Positions 1 to 14,200 of a stretch of 64,000 bases of DNA are shown here, piece after piece. The position numbers were made by a program, and so were the translations under genes. This stretch comes from Sarea resinae. Its lineage: Eukaryota. How positions within the stretch are numbered: the stretch's first letter is position 1; each line of letters opens with the position of its first letter. The stretch is taken from NCBI GenBank assembly GCA_026026165.1, contig JAPEUD010000016.1, positions 248,001 to 312,000 of the forward strand, read 5' to 3'. Below the pieces are notes generated by a model. That model searched no databases. It was not told where the DNA came from and was given only the letters and a program-made list of their open reading frames with translations.

Positions 1-3000
1 GTGTTTCAAGGCGGATCCAAAGCGCTTAGCCTGTGGATGAGCCTGTTCAGTGCCACTCCGGAAAGCCATCTGGATGTGATGATGGCCGCCATTGATCCAC
101 ATGCGGTTCTGGAGCCATTGACGGGTGAGCCCGGGAGGACAGTACCGGTCAACGTGCAGCAAGACAAGCTCTTTTCTTGCAGTGGTCTTCATTCCCACGA
201 GGAATCTTTCAAACTCCCCAATCGCCGAAGACCCTTCAGCAAGACCAACGAGAAGGATGTAATCCGCTTGGCTGATACAGGTTTGGGTCCAAGGAGAGTT
301 GACATTAGTATCAGCAACATAAAGAACCATTCCATATTTCTCTTCCAAATCAGCCAGATACTGAGAAAGCTTCAGCTTTCCCATGCGACTAAAAGCGTGG
401 CGCCCGAGATGGTTTAGAATGGCGGCTTGATTCAAAGACGTAACTCCATTGAGACCTCCAACTTGAGACAGAGCATTCAGGAGCCGGCTGCCAAACTCAA
501 TGACAGGGACACCAGCCGTTACAGGTAGAATAGCCACGGTTCGAAGATTTGACGTCGAGGAGACTTGCGTGTTGGCAGCCGAGCTCTTCCGATCCTTGCT
601 TTGCTCAAATGACGGATCCTCAATCAGTTGCCTCATGCGCTGTGCGATCAGCTTTGAGATCTTGATTGTGATACCCGGGTACTCTAGAGCTAAGCTGTTG
701 AATAACGTTTTCGGAAACTTTGCCAATTCTGAATCTCGTATAGCATGCAAGGTTGCTGGACGCGTTGATTCGGTCATGACTTCCAGCTCTCCAACACTTT
801 CACCTTGACCGTATTCCCCAATAAACTTCATCTCTCCGTCTTCCTTTTCCAAAAGAGCACGGAGGCGTCCATTCAAGACGATGTAGATGGCATCGCTCTC
901 ATCACCCTGATGGTGTATCACTTGGCCGGCATTGACATGAATCCATTCAAGGGCAAAGTCAATGTGAAGAATGAGGCGAGGGAGAAGATTCGTCAGTCTC
1001 TTCGCCATGGTCAGTAATATGACTGGGTGCTTTTCGACAATCCTTTCGAGAGACTTCCGGGGCAGAAACCCGACGTAGACATCAGTCTTTGCTCTCACAT
1101 CGACAAACGAACGATATGATGAGACTGTTCCTATATAACCGGCAATACCTCCGGGTTTTATTATGAACAGACTTTTCCGATTCCACTTGGCGCTACTTCC
1201 AGTACCTGGGGTCGAACCTGAACGCTTAGTACCAGACTTTGAGGACTGCATCCGCCCGTTCGCCATCGAAGAGGACATGGACGGCATTGGAGCCCCGCCA
1301 GAACCAATGATATCATCATCCATGGGTGCGCTAACATCTAAAAATCCGTCGATAACGTAATAAAGGCCAGGATTGCGTTCGCCCTGTTCAACCAGCACTG
1401 CTCCCTTGGGGAAATGTACAATCTCAACATCGTCTCGGAGATCATTGGCGAGATCGGCGGTACCAGTATTCCATCCAGCGCTAACGGCGGAAGAAATCGA
1501 CTCTGAATCTGCATCCGTGGAACCATCATAGGGGTCGATAAATCCAAAAGCATTGCTGAAGACTGCCTTCTGTCTTCTCGAGTCGTAGGATATCAACCTA
1601 GGAGACTGCTCGACTGACTCGGCCCGAGGCAGAGCATTGTGATGTGTCGTCAGGCCGATCGCTTTCAAGATGCACTCTAGAATAGCTTCTCGGAAAATAC
1701 TGTCCTCATCCAAGGTCTCTGGTTGCTGAAACTGACCAGCGGACCCCAAAGACGGAATAGCAAAAGGACTCACGTTCCCACGCCCCATCGGGTTCACCGA
1801 TTCACGGCGTGGAGACTCTGCGGACTGGTATGCCTGAGTGAATGGATTGTTACCGAAAAAGCTCGGAGGGCCTCGCCGATCGAACCTAGACATCTGAATA
1901 TTGGTCTGGAGATCCCCAGGGCTTACGCGAGACCTTTCACGATCATATACCGAGTTCCTGGACGATGCTGGTTCACCAGGTGCAGGTGAAGGTAATATAC
2001 CCCGTGCTGCAGTTAATCTTGCCTGCGCAGCAACTTCCTTCCGAAGTGTGCTGCTTGCTCGTCTCCGTCTCCCGCTCGCGCCTGCATTGTGCAGAGCGAT
2101 GCCTTTCATCCCCTCCTCGGGGCCAATCCGTTCTATCTCTTTAAGAAATTTCTCTTTCAATCTCTCCAATGCCGTGCCACGTAAAAAGTCGGGTAGATCG
2201 CAGCTTGTATATTGATTCATCAGCTTTTCCGTCCGCAGGACTTCACTAGTCAGGCCAAGATAAGAATGCCCGGTAGCAAGGGTCACACGTTGCAACCGCG
2301 TGAGGATGACTTGCACGATATGGGCAGTAGCCTTGGGATATATGCGCGTTAGGCGTCGAAATGCACTGGCAGGGATTATAGCAATGGTAGTATCGACGGT
2401 AGCTCTTGCGACAATGTCAGGATGCACCGACTTGGCTTTCTTCGGTTGAGGCCGTACGGGCTTTTCCCTCTGCTGTGGTCGATTGTCCTCTGGGGTACTT
2501 GATTCTGTGTCTAGAGAAAGCGGAGGGACGCTCGGTAGTCGGCCACGGGCAGTTGGGCTAGCCAAGGATGATGAAGAGTATTTGTGCCCTTGAATGATCC
2601 TCGACGGAGTTTCCGGTCGGTTGTCTGGACTGTCCCGCCCGGACGTAGGCTCAAAGGTACCCTTTGGAGAGTCGACAATATTGGTCGCACGGGCAAGATT
2701 GGCGCTCGAAGACCGTGACTCGAGCCCGCTATCATCCTCGTCATTTAGCCGCAACTTGACGTCTTCAGTAAAAAGAGAGAGGATTGAAAATAGGGAAGAC
2801 ATTGGAGCTCCATTCTTGACCTCTGTCAGCAGTTGGTAACCCTGATGTCTATCTGGATCATGGTCGCCTTCATCATCAGAGTATTCTGAGTCGAGCCATG
2901 GCTCCATCTCAGAATCTCGAGTCTCCGGCTTTGACTTTACAAATATCTGTACCAGCCCATCCACCACAAGACAAAAGCCCTTTTCCTCCTCTAATAACAG

Positions 3001-3647
3001 AGATTCGCCGGCGATGAGCTTCCGGGTTTGCATCGTCCTCGTCAACTCGTGAAACACTGGCCTCTCCAGATACCCAAAGACCTTGATTGCACTCAGAAAC
3101 TCCTCGAGATAATTCGCCAATCCGGGCTTCGAGTCACCCTCCTGTGAGTCTGGAAAGAGATCTATCGGTGCCTCCTTTCTTTGCAGTTCCGGCGGTAGAC
3201 GCGCATACAGGTTCATGTATCGGTAGCGAACGATCCAGCTCACGGTGGAAGCAAAGGCCAGGAGGATGAGCATTCTGATCGCAGTCAGTATCTTTGGGAT
3301 GGGGCACTCATGGTGCGAACCTACAGCGTCGTAAAATTCATCGTCACGGTCAAGCTCGTCGAGAACAAGGTGAAAAGCCATGTCGGAAGGGTGATGGTGG
3401 AGAAGGTGACGAGCCAGTACAAGATGCTTGGGATGAGTCGAAAGAGTGCGATGATCAGACGACCAAGCAGCCCAAAGAATGAATCGTGGGTATCGACACT
3501 TTGACGCGCCGAGGCGATGATGGACTCTCTCGCCGAAAAGGCGGCGTTGGTGATGGAGCTTAGTATCTCGGAGCTGGGAGTGGTGGTGGTGATGGTGGTG
3601 GTGCTGCTGCTGGTCAAGAGCGAAGCCAAAGAGTCCGAGTTCGACAT
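1..3647 (-). CDS. NTE1: Lysophospholipase NTE1 (patatin/cNMP-binding NTE family), 5' part; continues beyond window start
   Basis: Exon 1 (3647-3325) has the typical hydrophobic N-terminus ([22 protein letters not shown]...MNFTTL). A GT-AG intron spans 3324-3275. Exon 2 reads [29 protein letters not shown]...[36 protein letters not shown], characteristic of fungal Nte1. Confidence 0.93.
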
Positions 3648-4154
3648 CTTGAGGTCCCAGATATGCCACTCGGCATGGAAAACACACCAAGACTAGAGTT
3701 GTATTATCGTGGATCTGGTGTTTTGGCGCATCCCAGCATCGCGGCGACGTGTATAGCGAAGCTCGAGCTGCAGCAAGGAGTAGATATCTTCAGGCGCCAG
3801 ACCTACGGTATTGGGAATATCGCCTGTTCGGTGGTGGTGATGGTGATATCGAAATGTTGCTGCGCTCGAGGTAGCTAGCTGTAGCTGCCAGCTTCTCAAG
3901 CGAGGGGTATAGCCAATGAGCAAGGCCATCTCAGCGCGTGCATCCATACCGATATATCAACGTCTCCCCTTTGCAAGAATTCATCGATGATCATTTGATG
4001 GCTGCAATAATATGGCACATTCTGAATATCATTGTTCTTTGTTTTGACATCTTTCGATATCAGCCTTCATTCGAGGTGCCCGTTACGTGAAAGATTACAC
4101 TCCTGCCGCACTCCTTTCTAGAATACATAGCCAAACCCAAAGCCCTTCCAGCGC

Positions 4155-6321
4155 CTAGAGACTACTATCGTGAATGCCCTGTGGACCCAGATCATTGTAT
4201 TCGACCCGTGACATGAAGCCCTTGTTCAGGCCCTGGTCGACCACGAAGATCACCTTGGCCGCCACCTGTGCACCCAAGAAGCTAGCTTCCTCGTAACCCG
4301 CATCCTTCCATTCTGAAAAGTATTCGGGAATCTTGGCAATCTTGACGCTCGTGGGTGTTTGTGCATGGGACGAATGCGAGTGCTGGCCGAAATGACTAGC
4401 CGAGGTGGAGGCGGCAAGGTTCGGGTTAGAGGCCGTGGTGGCGGCGTAGAGTAGAGGATTGACGCCAGCACTGCCGTGGAGAGCACCTGCAGCTTGAGGC
4501 TGAGGGGTGCTGGCTCCAGTAGCAAGAGGCGTTGATAGGTTCGATGGCAGCTCGGACGTGAATATGGTCGCGGAAGAAGGCGAGATGAGGTATTTGCTGA
4601 TGATGGTTGAGATGAGAGCATCCTTGAAACCTGTCACGTCCAATGATTAGATTTGGATTGATAACAGATATGGGCTCTCAAACCTCGGACTCTGCTTCCA
4701 TTGCCTAGGATGATCAAGGAATCCCACAGCTCGCTCCGTTTCCTGACGTCCTCGACCGCCAGGACAGTACGATGTACGACATCCGCAATTGATTCCAGGA
4801 TTCCGCCAGTCGCAGCTAGAAAGCGCTCTGTTCCCACTTTCACTTCTCTTCGAGAAACCTTGGACCCCTCGGGCTGTTCCTGCTCGGTTGACTGTGTTTC
4901 GTCGCCCTTAGGAGCTGCTTCTGAATTTGCTTCAGGGGCAGCAGTTGCATCGGCTGATCGGTTGAGTTCCTCCGCTGCGGCCTGGCCATTGGTTGGTTCA
5001 TTCTCGGCCGGCTGTGGTGTCTTTTGCCGTTTTGCGTCGTGGCCATCCCCATTTGCCTCATCCTCAGGGCGACGTCGTTCCTCAAGCCAGAATGTGTTGT
5101 GAGTTCTCTTGAAATTAGGCAGTCTGACAGGCTTCGCAGCTGCAGCTGCGGCATCACCAGCCTTTTTCGCGGCGATCCTCTCCGCCTTTTCCTTCTCTTT
5201 CTGAGCCAAAAACTCATTAGTTTTTCCACTTGTAACAATGGTCGCGACGTCCAGGACGCCCTCGTCTTCTTCGCCATATTTGCCTTCTTGGCCTTCATCC
5301 CCCACCTCAGTATCTGGTCCTGGTCCTCTAGGCGCTTCGCCACGAGCCGCAGCATTATCTCGTTGATTTGGGCCTGGTCCGGTAGCACCGGTTGACGCGA
5401 CAGCAGCCGGGTTGGAGGCACCCGCAGTAGATGGGTCTGAAGCTTCAGGAATAGGCACGCTCTGTGGCAACACTTCGCAAATCGGGCTTCGTTTGAGTTG
5501 TTCGCACATATCGTAGCTAAAGTCCTGTGCTTTTAGGAGCTCCAGAAGCTTCAGCGTCATGCTATCCCCTCCACAGCCAGGAACAGCAATTCCCCGACCA
5601 ACGTCATGGGTGATGAATTCGCTGACAGCTGTAACGTCGGTTTTCTCAAAGCCGACATCAATGATGGTCGCGGTGGGTATTCCGTATGCGTAACAGGCGG
5701 CAACAGCAGAATCCATCAGACAAAAGGCCGGTGTCTTGAACTTTTCAAAGAAGAATTGCGTCAGTATCTCATGATCTTGCGCCGTCCAAGTTGGCTGGGC
5801 GACGACGAGAATCGGCGTATGAAAAGGCGGGCTCAGAGTGTTGTAAATGTGCGTAAGAAGGGCAAAGAAGCAGGTCCAATCCACCACGCGGCCTTCTTTG
5901 AGAGGCAATACTGCGCCCTCCTCCGAGTCTGGATCTTCTTCATAGAGATTTCCTCCGTCTTCGCCGTCCATATTTCCCGTCGAATCTCCATTGTGTTCGC
6001 CAGTCGTCGGCTTGGCTGTTTCTCCTCCAGAACCGGCATCTGTCATCTGCGTATCCTCTTGCGCCTTGGCCTCGGGATCTTTTGTACTCTCCTTGGCTGG
6101 CTTCTTGGGACGGATCTTATAAGGCTCCCATTCTCCCTTCTTCTCAGCCGGAAACATGCGCGTCGGAAAGCGAAAACGCGCGGGCGTAAATGATTCTGGC
6201 AGGCCCAATTGCGCCAATGTGGTTTGCGAGCCAGGCGCAATGATCTATCCAGCTGTCAGACACGTACTTGACTCCACAGATGCAAGCTTACCAAGATATG
6301 TTCATCCTTGAACGGAGGCAT
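4155..6321 (-). CDS. ARP9: Actin-related protein Arp9 (RSC/SWI-SNF subunit)
   Basis: MPPFKDEHIL|IIAPGSQTTLAQLGLPESFTPARFRFP, with introns at 6291-6245 and 4683-4631. Actin-fold motifs IIDVGFEKTD and LWDSLIILGNGSRVRG|FKDAL; C-terminus EEASFLGAQVAAKVIF. Confidence 0.9.
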
Positions 6322-6621
6322 GGTGATGAGTGATGACTCTCTGAGGGCCCTGTTGGACGATATTTGCACTAGAAGACAAATGCTCTTGTCGCGCCAGATG
6401 TCGCAGATGCATAGGCACTCACGAACATTCACAGACGCGCATTTGCCGCAATGGTAGTCAAAGCTTACCGTATTTGGTCTTTATCTCACTACGGTAGCCA
6501 CCTTGGCCACTTCCCGCCATATTGTCAACGAAGCGTATCAGCAGAACAAGAGCTTCAACTACTCTATAATGCTGTAGAATGTCTATCATTTTCGTGAGGC
6601 TATCATATAGAACATAGGACA

Positions 6622-8823
6622 TCAAAACAAATATCTCCCGAATCCCCATCTCAATCTCTGTACCACACGCGCCTGTCGGGCAATCCCAACCCTGAGATCC
6701 ACCAGTTCCTCGACCTCGCCGACAAACTCCCGCCAGATATCCCCCGGAAGCAGCTGTTTGGCCAATTGTCGCAGGACATGGACTTCGCACAGGAGGAGAC
6801 CGTGGTCTTTGTACGAGAGAATGTTGCTGTTTGCGCTCGACGAGGAGCTCTGGGGAGATGCGGGCGAAGGGAGGGACGACGAAAGAATGCGGTCGATGTT
6901 GCGAAGGATGTGAAGAGTACGGGTGCGGATGCGGTTGGAGGATGGCTTGTCTTTACTGACGAAGCTGGAGAGGTAATGAAGTGTTGCAACCGACAGGAAC
7001 AGCCCGGGTGTAAGGGATATGAATCTAGATGAAAACGAATTAATTGATTGTCTCACCTTGCTCGAATAAGATCTTTTGAGTTGAGTCTCGATATGAAGAG
7101 AGGCATATGCGCTGGGAGGATTTTTGTATCATAAGACATACCCGAATACCAACTCCTGACTCTTTAGCAGAGCATCGATCCCTCCTATGGCGACCTCGAC
7201 ATCTACTTTTGTCTTCTGCACCTGGATCAATAGCGCACGGACCAAGTTGCCTCGCAAAGTGCCCATCAACGGATTCCGAAGATCATGCTCATATGCCTTC
7301 AATACAGGAGTGAGATCTCCCTCCTTGACTTTGGCGCTCAGAGCCGCGAGATCTGCGCTGCTGAGCGGGGTGGAGTTCTCGGGGTGGTCGACGGCAAAAT
7401 CAACGACCATGCGTTCCAGACTGGCTCTATCACCCTCGAGGCTGCGCTTGCTGATGATGGCGACTTCGCTGGCTTCGTCGTGACGGATGGTTTGTAGGAG
7501 CTTGCGCGTGGGCTCGACGACCCAATTGCCCCAGAAGTCGAGGGCTGTGCGTCCGAGATCACGGATCGAGGCTGCTATCTGGGCGCGTCGGTTCAGAAGA
7601 ATACGGATGATCGTGCTCGAAGAGAGAAGAAGGACGGCACTGGGAAGCCAGTAGCGGATCAGGATGTTCGGACGGCCGTATTGCGTGGTCAGCGTTCGAG
7701 TGGCGTGGCGGTGAGAAGGGATGTGCTGGGTAAGAAGATTCTGGAGCTTGAGGGTTAGGTTGGACGGCTCCGTGGCTGGGCTTGAAGATTGTATGATTTC
7801 CGGATCGTCAACACTGGCGAAGACGGTGTCTTCAAAGTCGGGGACGGGGACGGCAAGGTCGGTGACGTTGTGTAAGACGGTTTCCATCAGGGTGATGCTT
7901 TTCGCAACGACACTTTTCCATTCGTCTTGCTCGAGTTTGCTCGTTGAAGCCTTTTCGATCAGATCGCCCTCTTGATCCCCGTCAAATGTCAAACCCTCGT
8001 CCATCAGCACCCCTAGACCACTCGCGCTCATCTCGCGGAGCTTTCTTAGCCCCGCCTGTTTTTGCCTGGCTTCCGTCCTAATCAGCGCCAGAGGCGACAA
8101 CATGCGCTTGTGCACGTCCGTCATTGATCGATCTCGAATACTATCTTTGACGAGGCCGTAGAATTGCCTCCATCGATCCGTCAGGGATTCCATTGCTTGG
8201 CTCTTGAAGTCATTGGGGCTTCGCAGCCTTTCAAGTCGTTGTCGGGCATCTTGGAAGACCTCCTTTGATATTTTCCAGAACCGAATGGGCGAAGTCTGGA
8301 TCGAGTAGAGAGCCGTGTTGGGATATGAGCCTAGAATCTCGTCCCAGTACCAAATGTCGTTGCTCAGAGGGATGGTTTGCTCGAGGAGCACATTCAGGAT
8401 CAGCCCGTAGACCTGCGCGGTGGCTTTGCCGACAACCAGCCATTGTAGCTCTTGTTCGTATTTTGCTTCGACTGGGCTGTGTGTCGATGTAGATATAGAC
8501 ACCGAGCGTGTCTGTTCCAGAAGATCATAGATTCTGCCGCCATCGAGATGGGGTTGCGAAGTAGATGAGGTGGACAGAGACTTGACGATGGCTTGAAGTT
8601 GGACGAGACGCGGCGAGGTCAAAGCTTGAGGCTGCAGGCCAAGCTCAGACTGTTGCTGTAGTTCCTCGACGGGCGAAGCATCGGACGGGGTTTGTGGGGT
8701 CGAGGTTATCGACAGTTGCAGGCGGTCGAGCTGAGCGTCGATGCGACGGACCTGGCTGAGGAGGATTAGCTGAGACGGCTTGGAGAGTTCACTCAATGGC
8801 ACTTACTCGGCGACAAAGGACAT
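6622..8823 (-). CDS. NCA2: ATP synthase regulation protein NCA2
   Basis: MSFVAD|QVRRIDAQLDRL (intron 8806-8756). Nca2 motifs IRYWLP, FWGNWVVEP, SLERMVVDFA and LVRALLIQVQKTKVDVEVAIGGIDALLKSQELVFG. A second intron at ~7142-7025 precedes the last exon with HGLLLCEVHVLR. Confidence 0.9.
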
Positions 8824-8995
8824 GATGATTCACGATGCCTTTTGTCGGAGATCTTCAAGCCATGCGTATCATGAATTGCTCATTCATCTGAGAAGAAAGT
8901 GGTCGATCCGTGGATATTCCTACGCGACAATGGAACCTCGACGACAATGGGAATGACGTCGTCCGCAACACCTGCGGGCGCTCGAGCTCACCGCG

Positions 8996-9046
8996 AACAT
9001 CAACATCAACGTCAACATCAACATCAACGTCAACATCAACATCAAC
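8996..9046. repeat. Hexamer microsatellite (AACATC/AACGTC)n in the NCA2-PCBD divergent intergenic region
   Basis: About 8 tandem AACRTC units read directly. Confidence 0.9.
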
Positions 9047-9365
9047 ACCAACGACTCCTTCCTGTCGCAAATCAAGCCACAAGCAGAAATGGCCTTTGTG
9101 AAATTCGTAGGAGCATCATCAGATCCTTAATTGCTAAAATCCACACTTACATTGTCCAAGCAGAGTCCGCGACGTCTATCCCAAAGCTAGAGCGCAAACC
9201 CAGCTTCAACCCGAGCTCCAACCAACCAGCCCAGCCCATCCCGCCAGGCGTCCGTTGCTCGGGTCCCTGGGGACCCTGTATCCCCCACCTCCCACGTCTT
9301 CCACATGATAGAAAGCGGCCGCCCCCAGACATCTGCATTGTAAGGTAGCCACCTACTCAGAGGAG

Positions 9366-10439
9366 ATGTCAAATCCCCGCCTCCCTCTCCGGCTATCCGC
9401 GTCCCTGACGACCCTCCCAACACAAATAAGAGCGAGCGCAAGACCACCTCTTCATCTCCACCATACCTCCCCTATCACAAGTATTCAATCCCATCATCGT
9501 CATCATCATCTCTCTACGCTCCCCAGTTTCCGGAACATCAGAGCCAACTCCACGGATCTCCCTATCACCTCCCGCCCAAGAAGACTCTCCTCGACGCGCG
9601 CCTCGAGAATGGCAGCGGTAACAGAGCCCCAATCCCAAGAAGATAGCCCCTCGACCTCCTCCTCCCCGGAGCTCTCTGCTCTCCTTTCCCAAACGCCGCA
9701 CGCCTGGCGTCTCACAGCCAACGGCACGGGGATCGAGCGCGGGTTCCGATTCAAAACGTTCAAGAAAGCATGGGATTTCATGAGCGCAGTCGCCCAGGAA
9801 TGCAAGGGTGCGAGACATCATCCTGAGTGGTCTAATGTAGGTGTCTAATCTCCTTTTTCATTCCTGGCAGGTCTTTACCCCTTTTACGATATCCCTTTTC
9901 TCTCCTCTCGTTCTGCCCTTTGCCTCTATTAACTCATCCCATCCCATCTCATCCCATCTCGCTCCATCTCTACGACCTCCCACCGCACACAGCCCCTCCA
10001 TCCTCCCCCTCCCCAAAACAACAAAACAACAAAACCGCCGCCCCTCGCACACACCTCAGAATCCACTAACACCCCCGCCTTTCCACCGACCAAGGTCTAC
10101 AACACCGTCTTCATCCGCTGGACCACGCACGCGCCCAGCCCGGCCCATCTCTCGGCCAAAGACACACAGATGGCGCAAATCTGCGATGCGCGGGGCCGAG
10201 AATTCGACGAACTGGAGCCTTCGGCCGAGGAGGCTCAGGCCGCGGCTGAAGCGAAGGGAAGGGAGGAGGGGGGAAGGGCCGCGCCTGTAGATGGCAAGGG
10301 AGAGAAGAGCGGAGACGGAGAAGGGGATTTATTGGCCCAGGTCGTGTGTGCCGGCGGTGGCGAGGGGCGCTGCTGTGTTCCTCCGACTGGTAAAACCCCG
10401 ACGGGGAACGGCAGCGGGAGTGGGGATGCAGACAAGTAG
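9366..10439 (+). CDS. Pterin-4-alpha-carbinolamine dehydratase (PCD/DCoH family), probably with a mitochondrial presequence
   Basis: WRLTANGTGIERGFRFKTFKKAWDFMSAVAQECKGARHHPEWSN|VYNTVFIRWTTH...LSAKDTQMAQICD. Intron 9837-10094 (GTAGGT...CACTAAC...AAG). The start codon is uncertain. Confidence 0.88.
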
Positions 10440-11276
10440 TTCACCCCGTCTCACTGTCGACGCCCCCCAAAATCCCATTTAGCTACATGAAGTTGTCGAC
10501 GTCGTCGTTGTCAATGTTGTCGGGGTTCAAAAAGGGGGAAAGGAGGGAAGAAAACGGCGTGTAGGATCTTATGTCAGACTTAAGGAGGTAGGTAGAGCTA
10601 TATAGCCAGAGAGTCCTAGCTCTGTCTAGATTTACGATGGACGTGGAGTGAAAAACTCGCAACTCCGTGAGAAGGCGTATGGGATCCGATAGAAGGAGTG
10701 AGATGCCTGGCATTGAAGGAACAAGTGGAGAAGGAGGCCCGAATGAGCTGGTTATGCGGCAGGTCATGCATGCGTGCGTGGCGCACTGGACGGAGAGCTT
10801 CCCAGACATGTGCTGCGTGATTTGAGCGCACGGAACTCGAGTCATTGGAAGCAACAGCGAAGGCTTGCCTGGGGTTGAGATGGGGTTATGAGGATCTTCT
10901 TTGGTGGGCTGGGAAGAAGAATGGTGCGTGGATGATGTGGAGGGCGTCTACGAACGGCAATTGCTATCCCCAAAGCAGGATCGGCCTTCACTGGAAAGAT
11001 CGGTGTAGAATATGCTGCTGAGCCACCGTGATAGGTTGGTCCCGTCAGCTTTCATGTTCATCGCATTATACTTTTACCTTTGTCCAGTTGCGAGTGTGCA
11101 TTGGTTTCTTGGCGTGAGTCTGGTAAATCCAAGGTTCTTGTGCTTGCTCGGCTTGTGCGGTGTGGAAGCCTCCTTTTCTACCCGCTATCTATCTGAGGGA
11201 TTGTCTCGACCTTTGAAGCTTCTCTGTTCTCTATGCGTGGGTACTCTTGGCGTTGTTGTCGAGAAGCTTCTTCGAC

Positions 11277-14200
11277 CTATTTTCGCAGCGGTTCTGCCTC
11301 CTCTTCTCGATCTTCCCGTTCGAGCCAGTAGAGAAGTTCCTCGGCACTCCTCAAAGTTTGCCAATGCGTGTGACCGAGTACTTCCTTGCTGGATCCGATG
11401 TTCTGACGGATAAGTCTCGCCGCAGCTTCGGCTTTGCCTTTGTTATACAGCGAATATGCTCGTGCGTATTCCGTAAATAGAGTATCGGGATGCTTAGGAC
11501 CTAGTACTTCAGTCTGACCGTCTAATGCTCGTTGATACATCTGTTGCCACCTCAAACGGATCTTGATCTTCCAGGATATCCCCTAGGTCCTTGACGCTAC
11601 CGAGCGTCTTTGGATGCTTGGGGCCAAAGCTTTTCTCATACTGATCGACCAAACGCCAGCCCAGCAACTCAAGTTCGGAGGCTGCTCAGTGACTGTCAAC
11701 ACGGAAGCCCCATTCAGAGTGAGCTGCTCTGAGCCATCACACTCCATCAACTGAAATGCTCTTTGATGTGTTGCTTCCGCTTCTTCGTACTTTTTCTGCT
11801 GCATTAAAGCTTGATTCGGTCATGATCGACTTCATGGGTCCTTGACATTACAGTTATTGCCAATTTATACCACGGCTCTGCCTCTTCATACGCTTCCCTC
11901 TTACTCATACAAGATGCCATATCGCATAGGCTTTCTAGCGTGAGCTTATGATTCAACCTAAAATGCCTCCTTGATGCCTCAAAAACGTACACAGAGTACC
12001 TTCGAACCATCTAGAAGTTCCCCTGTGGGCTTTCCATGTGGGCAAGATTTTGTGTTTCCTCCCAGTTTGGGTGAGCACGAGCGCCGCACATGATCAAGGA
12101 AAAGTTATAGACCTCTGTCCGAAGTTTGTATGCCGCTTCACATTGTCTTTCGTCTATGGAGTAAGACCCTATTGGCCTAAAAGCAGTCCGCGGGATGAAC
12201 GCGCCTTCTCCAGCTGACAGATGAAAAGACCGTGGCGATATATACCTTGTAAATGAGTCTATCTGTCACATACGGCCATAGGTTGTGGAATATAGAGGAT
12301 CCCGTCCGCTCTCCTGTACTCAAACCACAAACCGGCGGATTAGTAGTTGGGTCGGTGACGACCAGCGAATACCCGCTGTTGTATGTTTTTTGTTTTGCAT
12401 TTTGTTTTTGATCCTGGGGAACTAATTCAGCACTATCAAATTTCTTGAGCCTGTTCTGGATTTTCAAGATGCTTTGAGCATGTGGCAATCGCTGCAGGCA
12501 GGTATTCCAGTGTTCGCCGTGAACACGTGTTGAAGAGGGCCTCTGAAGCCAACTTCTGATATTGACTTCTCGTTTGGTTTTCTTCGAGCCAATTCTGCGT
12601 ACATCGTTGCACGATTTGATGCATGGAGTAGGAAGACCGGCCCCTCTCTATTGCGATGAATGAGAAATTCAACAGGGTCGAAAGACTTTTTTCCAAATGA
12701 AACTCGCTTGGCTCTATAAACTCGAGTAGTGACTTAGGTATTTCGCGGCGATCCATCATAGCCATGAAACAGAGCATCTTAGCTGCAGATGGATCCTGCA
12801 GCCTGATTTGCTCGAAAGACAGCCGCCAATTGCCTGCCACAGAGCTTGGCGTGGAAACATCACGTCTCGAGTCATGGGCTTCATGGTTCAGTAATAGAGT
12901 TTGTTGAGCATTGTCGGTTTCGAGGAGGGCAATGAAATGCTTGACAGTAATCTGGCACGCATTGATGAACGCTGCAGCTTGCGTAATAGCGAGAGGGAGA
13001 TTCCCCAGTAGGTCTCTGAGTAGCGCTGTTATAATCTGGGACTCAGAACCATCGTGTTGGGTTTTGTGCCTGAACAACAACTCAGCGTCCTGCCATGATA
13101 ATGGCAATGCCTCGATGGTGTTTACTTTTTCTGCCAATTCCATGCCAATTCGGTTGTCTCTAGTCGTGAAAAGAATAGAACCTTTGGGGTTCTTTGGAAA
13201 ATATGAAACAAGTGGTCGAGATTGATGTTGTTCAAGTGATGGGATATGCTCTGTGGCGTCCACGAAAGTGTTCTTGATGTGCGCGTTGTCCATTACCATT
13301 AGCCACGGTTGGTCCGCCTTATTGAGCCAGTCAGAAACGAGGGGAAGGACGTTGATGTTAGGATCGTCCCATCCCGAGAGGCCAGCAAATCTTGCAATGT
13401 CTTTGTATGCCTGAACGAAACGGGCAGTGTCGCTAGCATGTACCCAATACACATTACCTTCAGGATGTCTGTCTTTAAACCTATAGCAGTATTCAATCGC
13501 TACTTGGGTCTTTCTGCATCGTCGTATAAGCAGATGAAAACACTCAAATGAGAACAGTCCCTTACCCAACTCCATAGATACCTGAGATCGCAACCCTTCG
13601 GGAGGTCTGGAATCTTTCATTGATGCGATTCATGATATCTTCGCGACCAACAAAATGATCGTCTCTGTCATATGGCACCAAGAAGTTCGTTTTCACGGCT
13701 CTGGTAGCTATTATGGTCAGCATAGGCACAACTAGTTGTCTTGTGTGATGTCGAATATGCAAAGAGGAGACCATCCAACTCTTCGATAGAAGACATCTGG
13801 GTTTGACTCCTCTGACGTGGAAAATGGTTTATAATGCACCGAGAACAATGGCATCTTTACCAGGTTCAGGGTGGAGGTCCCTCATCCACCTTTTGATTTC
13901 CGCAACAACCATAATAAAGCCATATTCCTCCGGGGAAACAAATTTTGTCATATTCGTATGATTAGCATGGATAGATATGTGATTGTAGGTCGGGATATTA
14001 GCAGAAGTTGAAGGGACAACCTGACGTAACACAGATGAGTGAGCAAGCCTGCGTCTCAATTATAATTATGGGGGAAAAGGGTATCTACCATAATGCCTTT
14101 AGTCGGGAGTTCTTCGTGGAAACAAGTAATCTGTATTGATCGCTCTCCGCGCCAACGTATTCGTAGCATTGATTGAAAGTCATATTGAATACGTTCCAAA

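Noticed and set aside
12177..12488. 103-aa minus ORF (KTYNSGYSLVVTDPTTNP...)
   Set aside because: Antisense read-through of the 5S gene joined to a frameshifted NLR fragment; not an independent gene.
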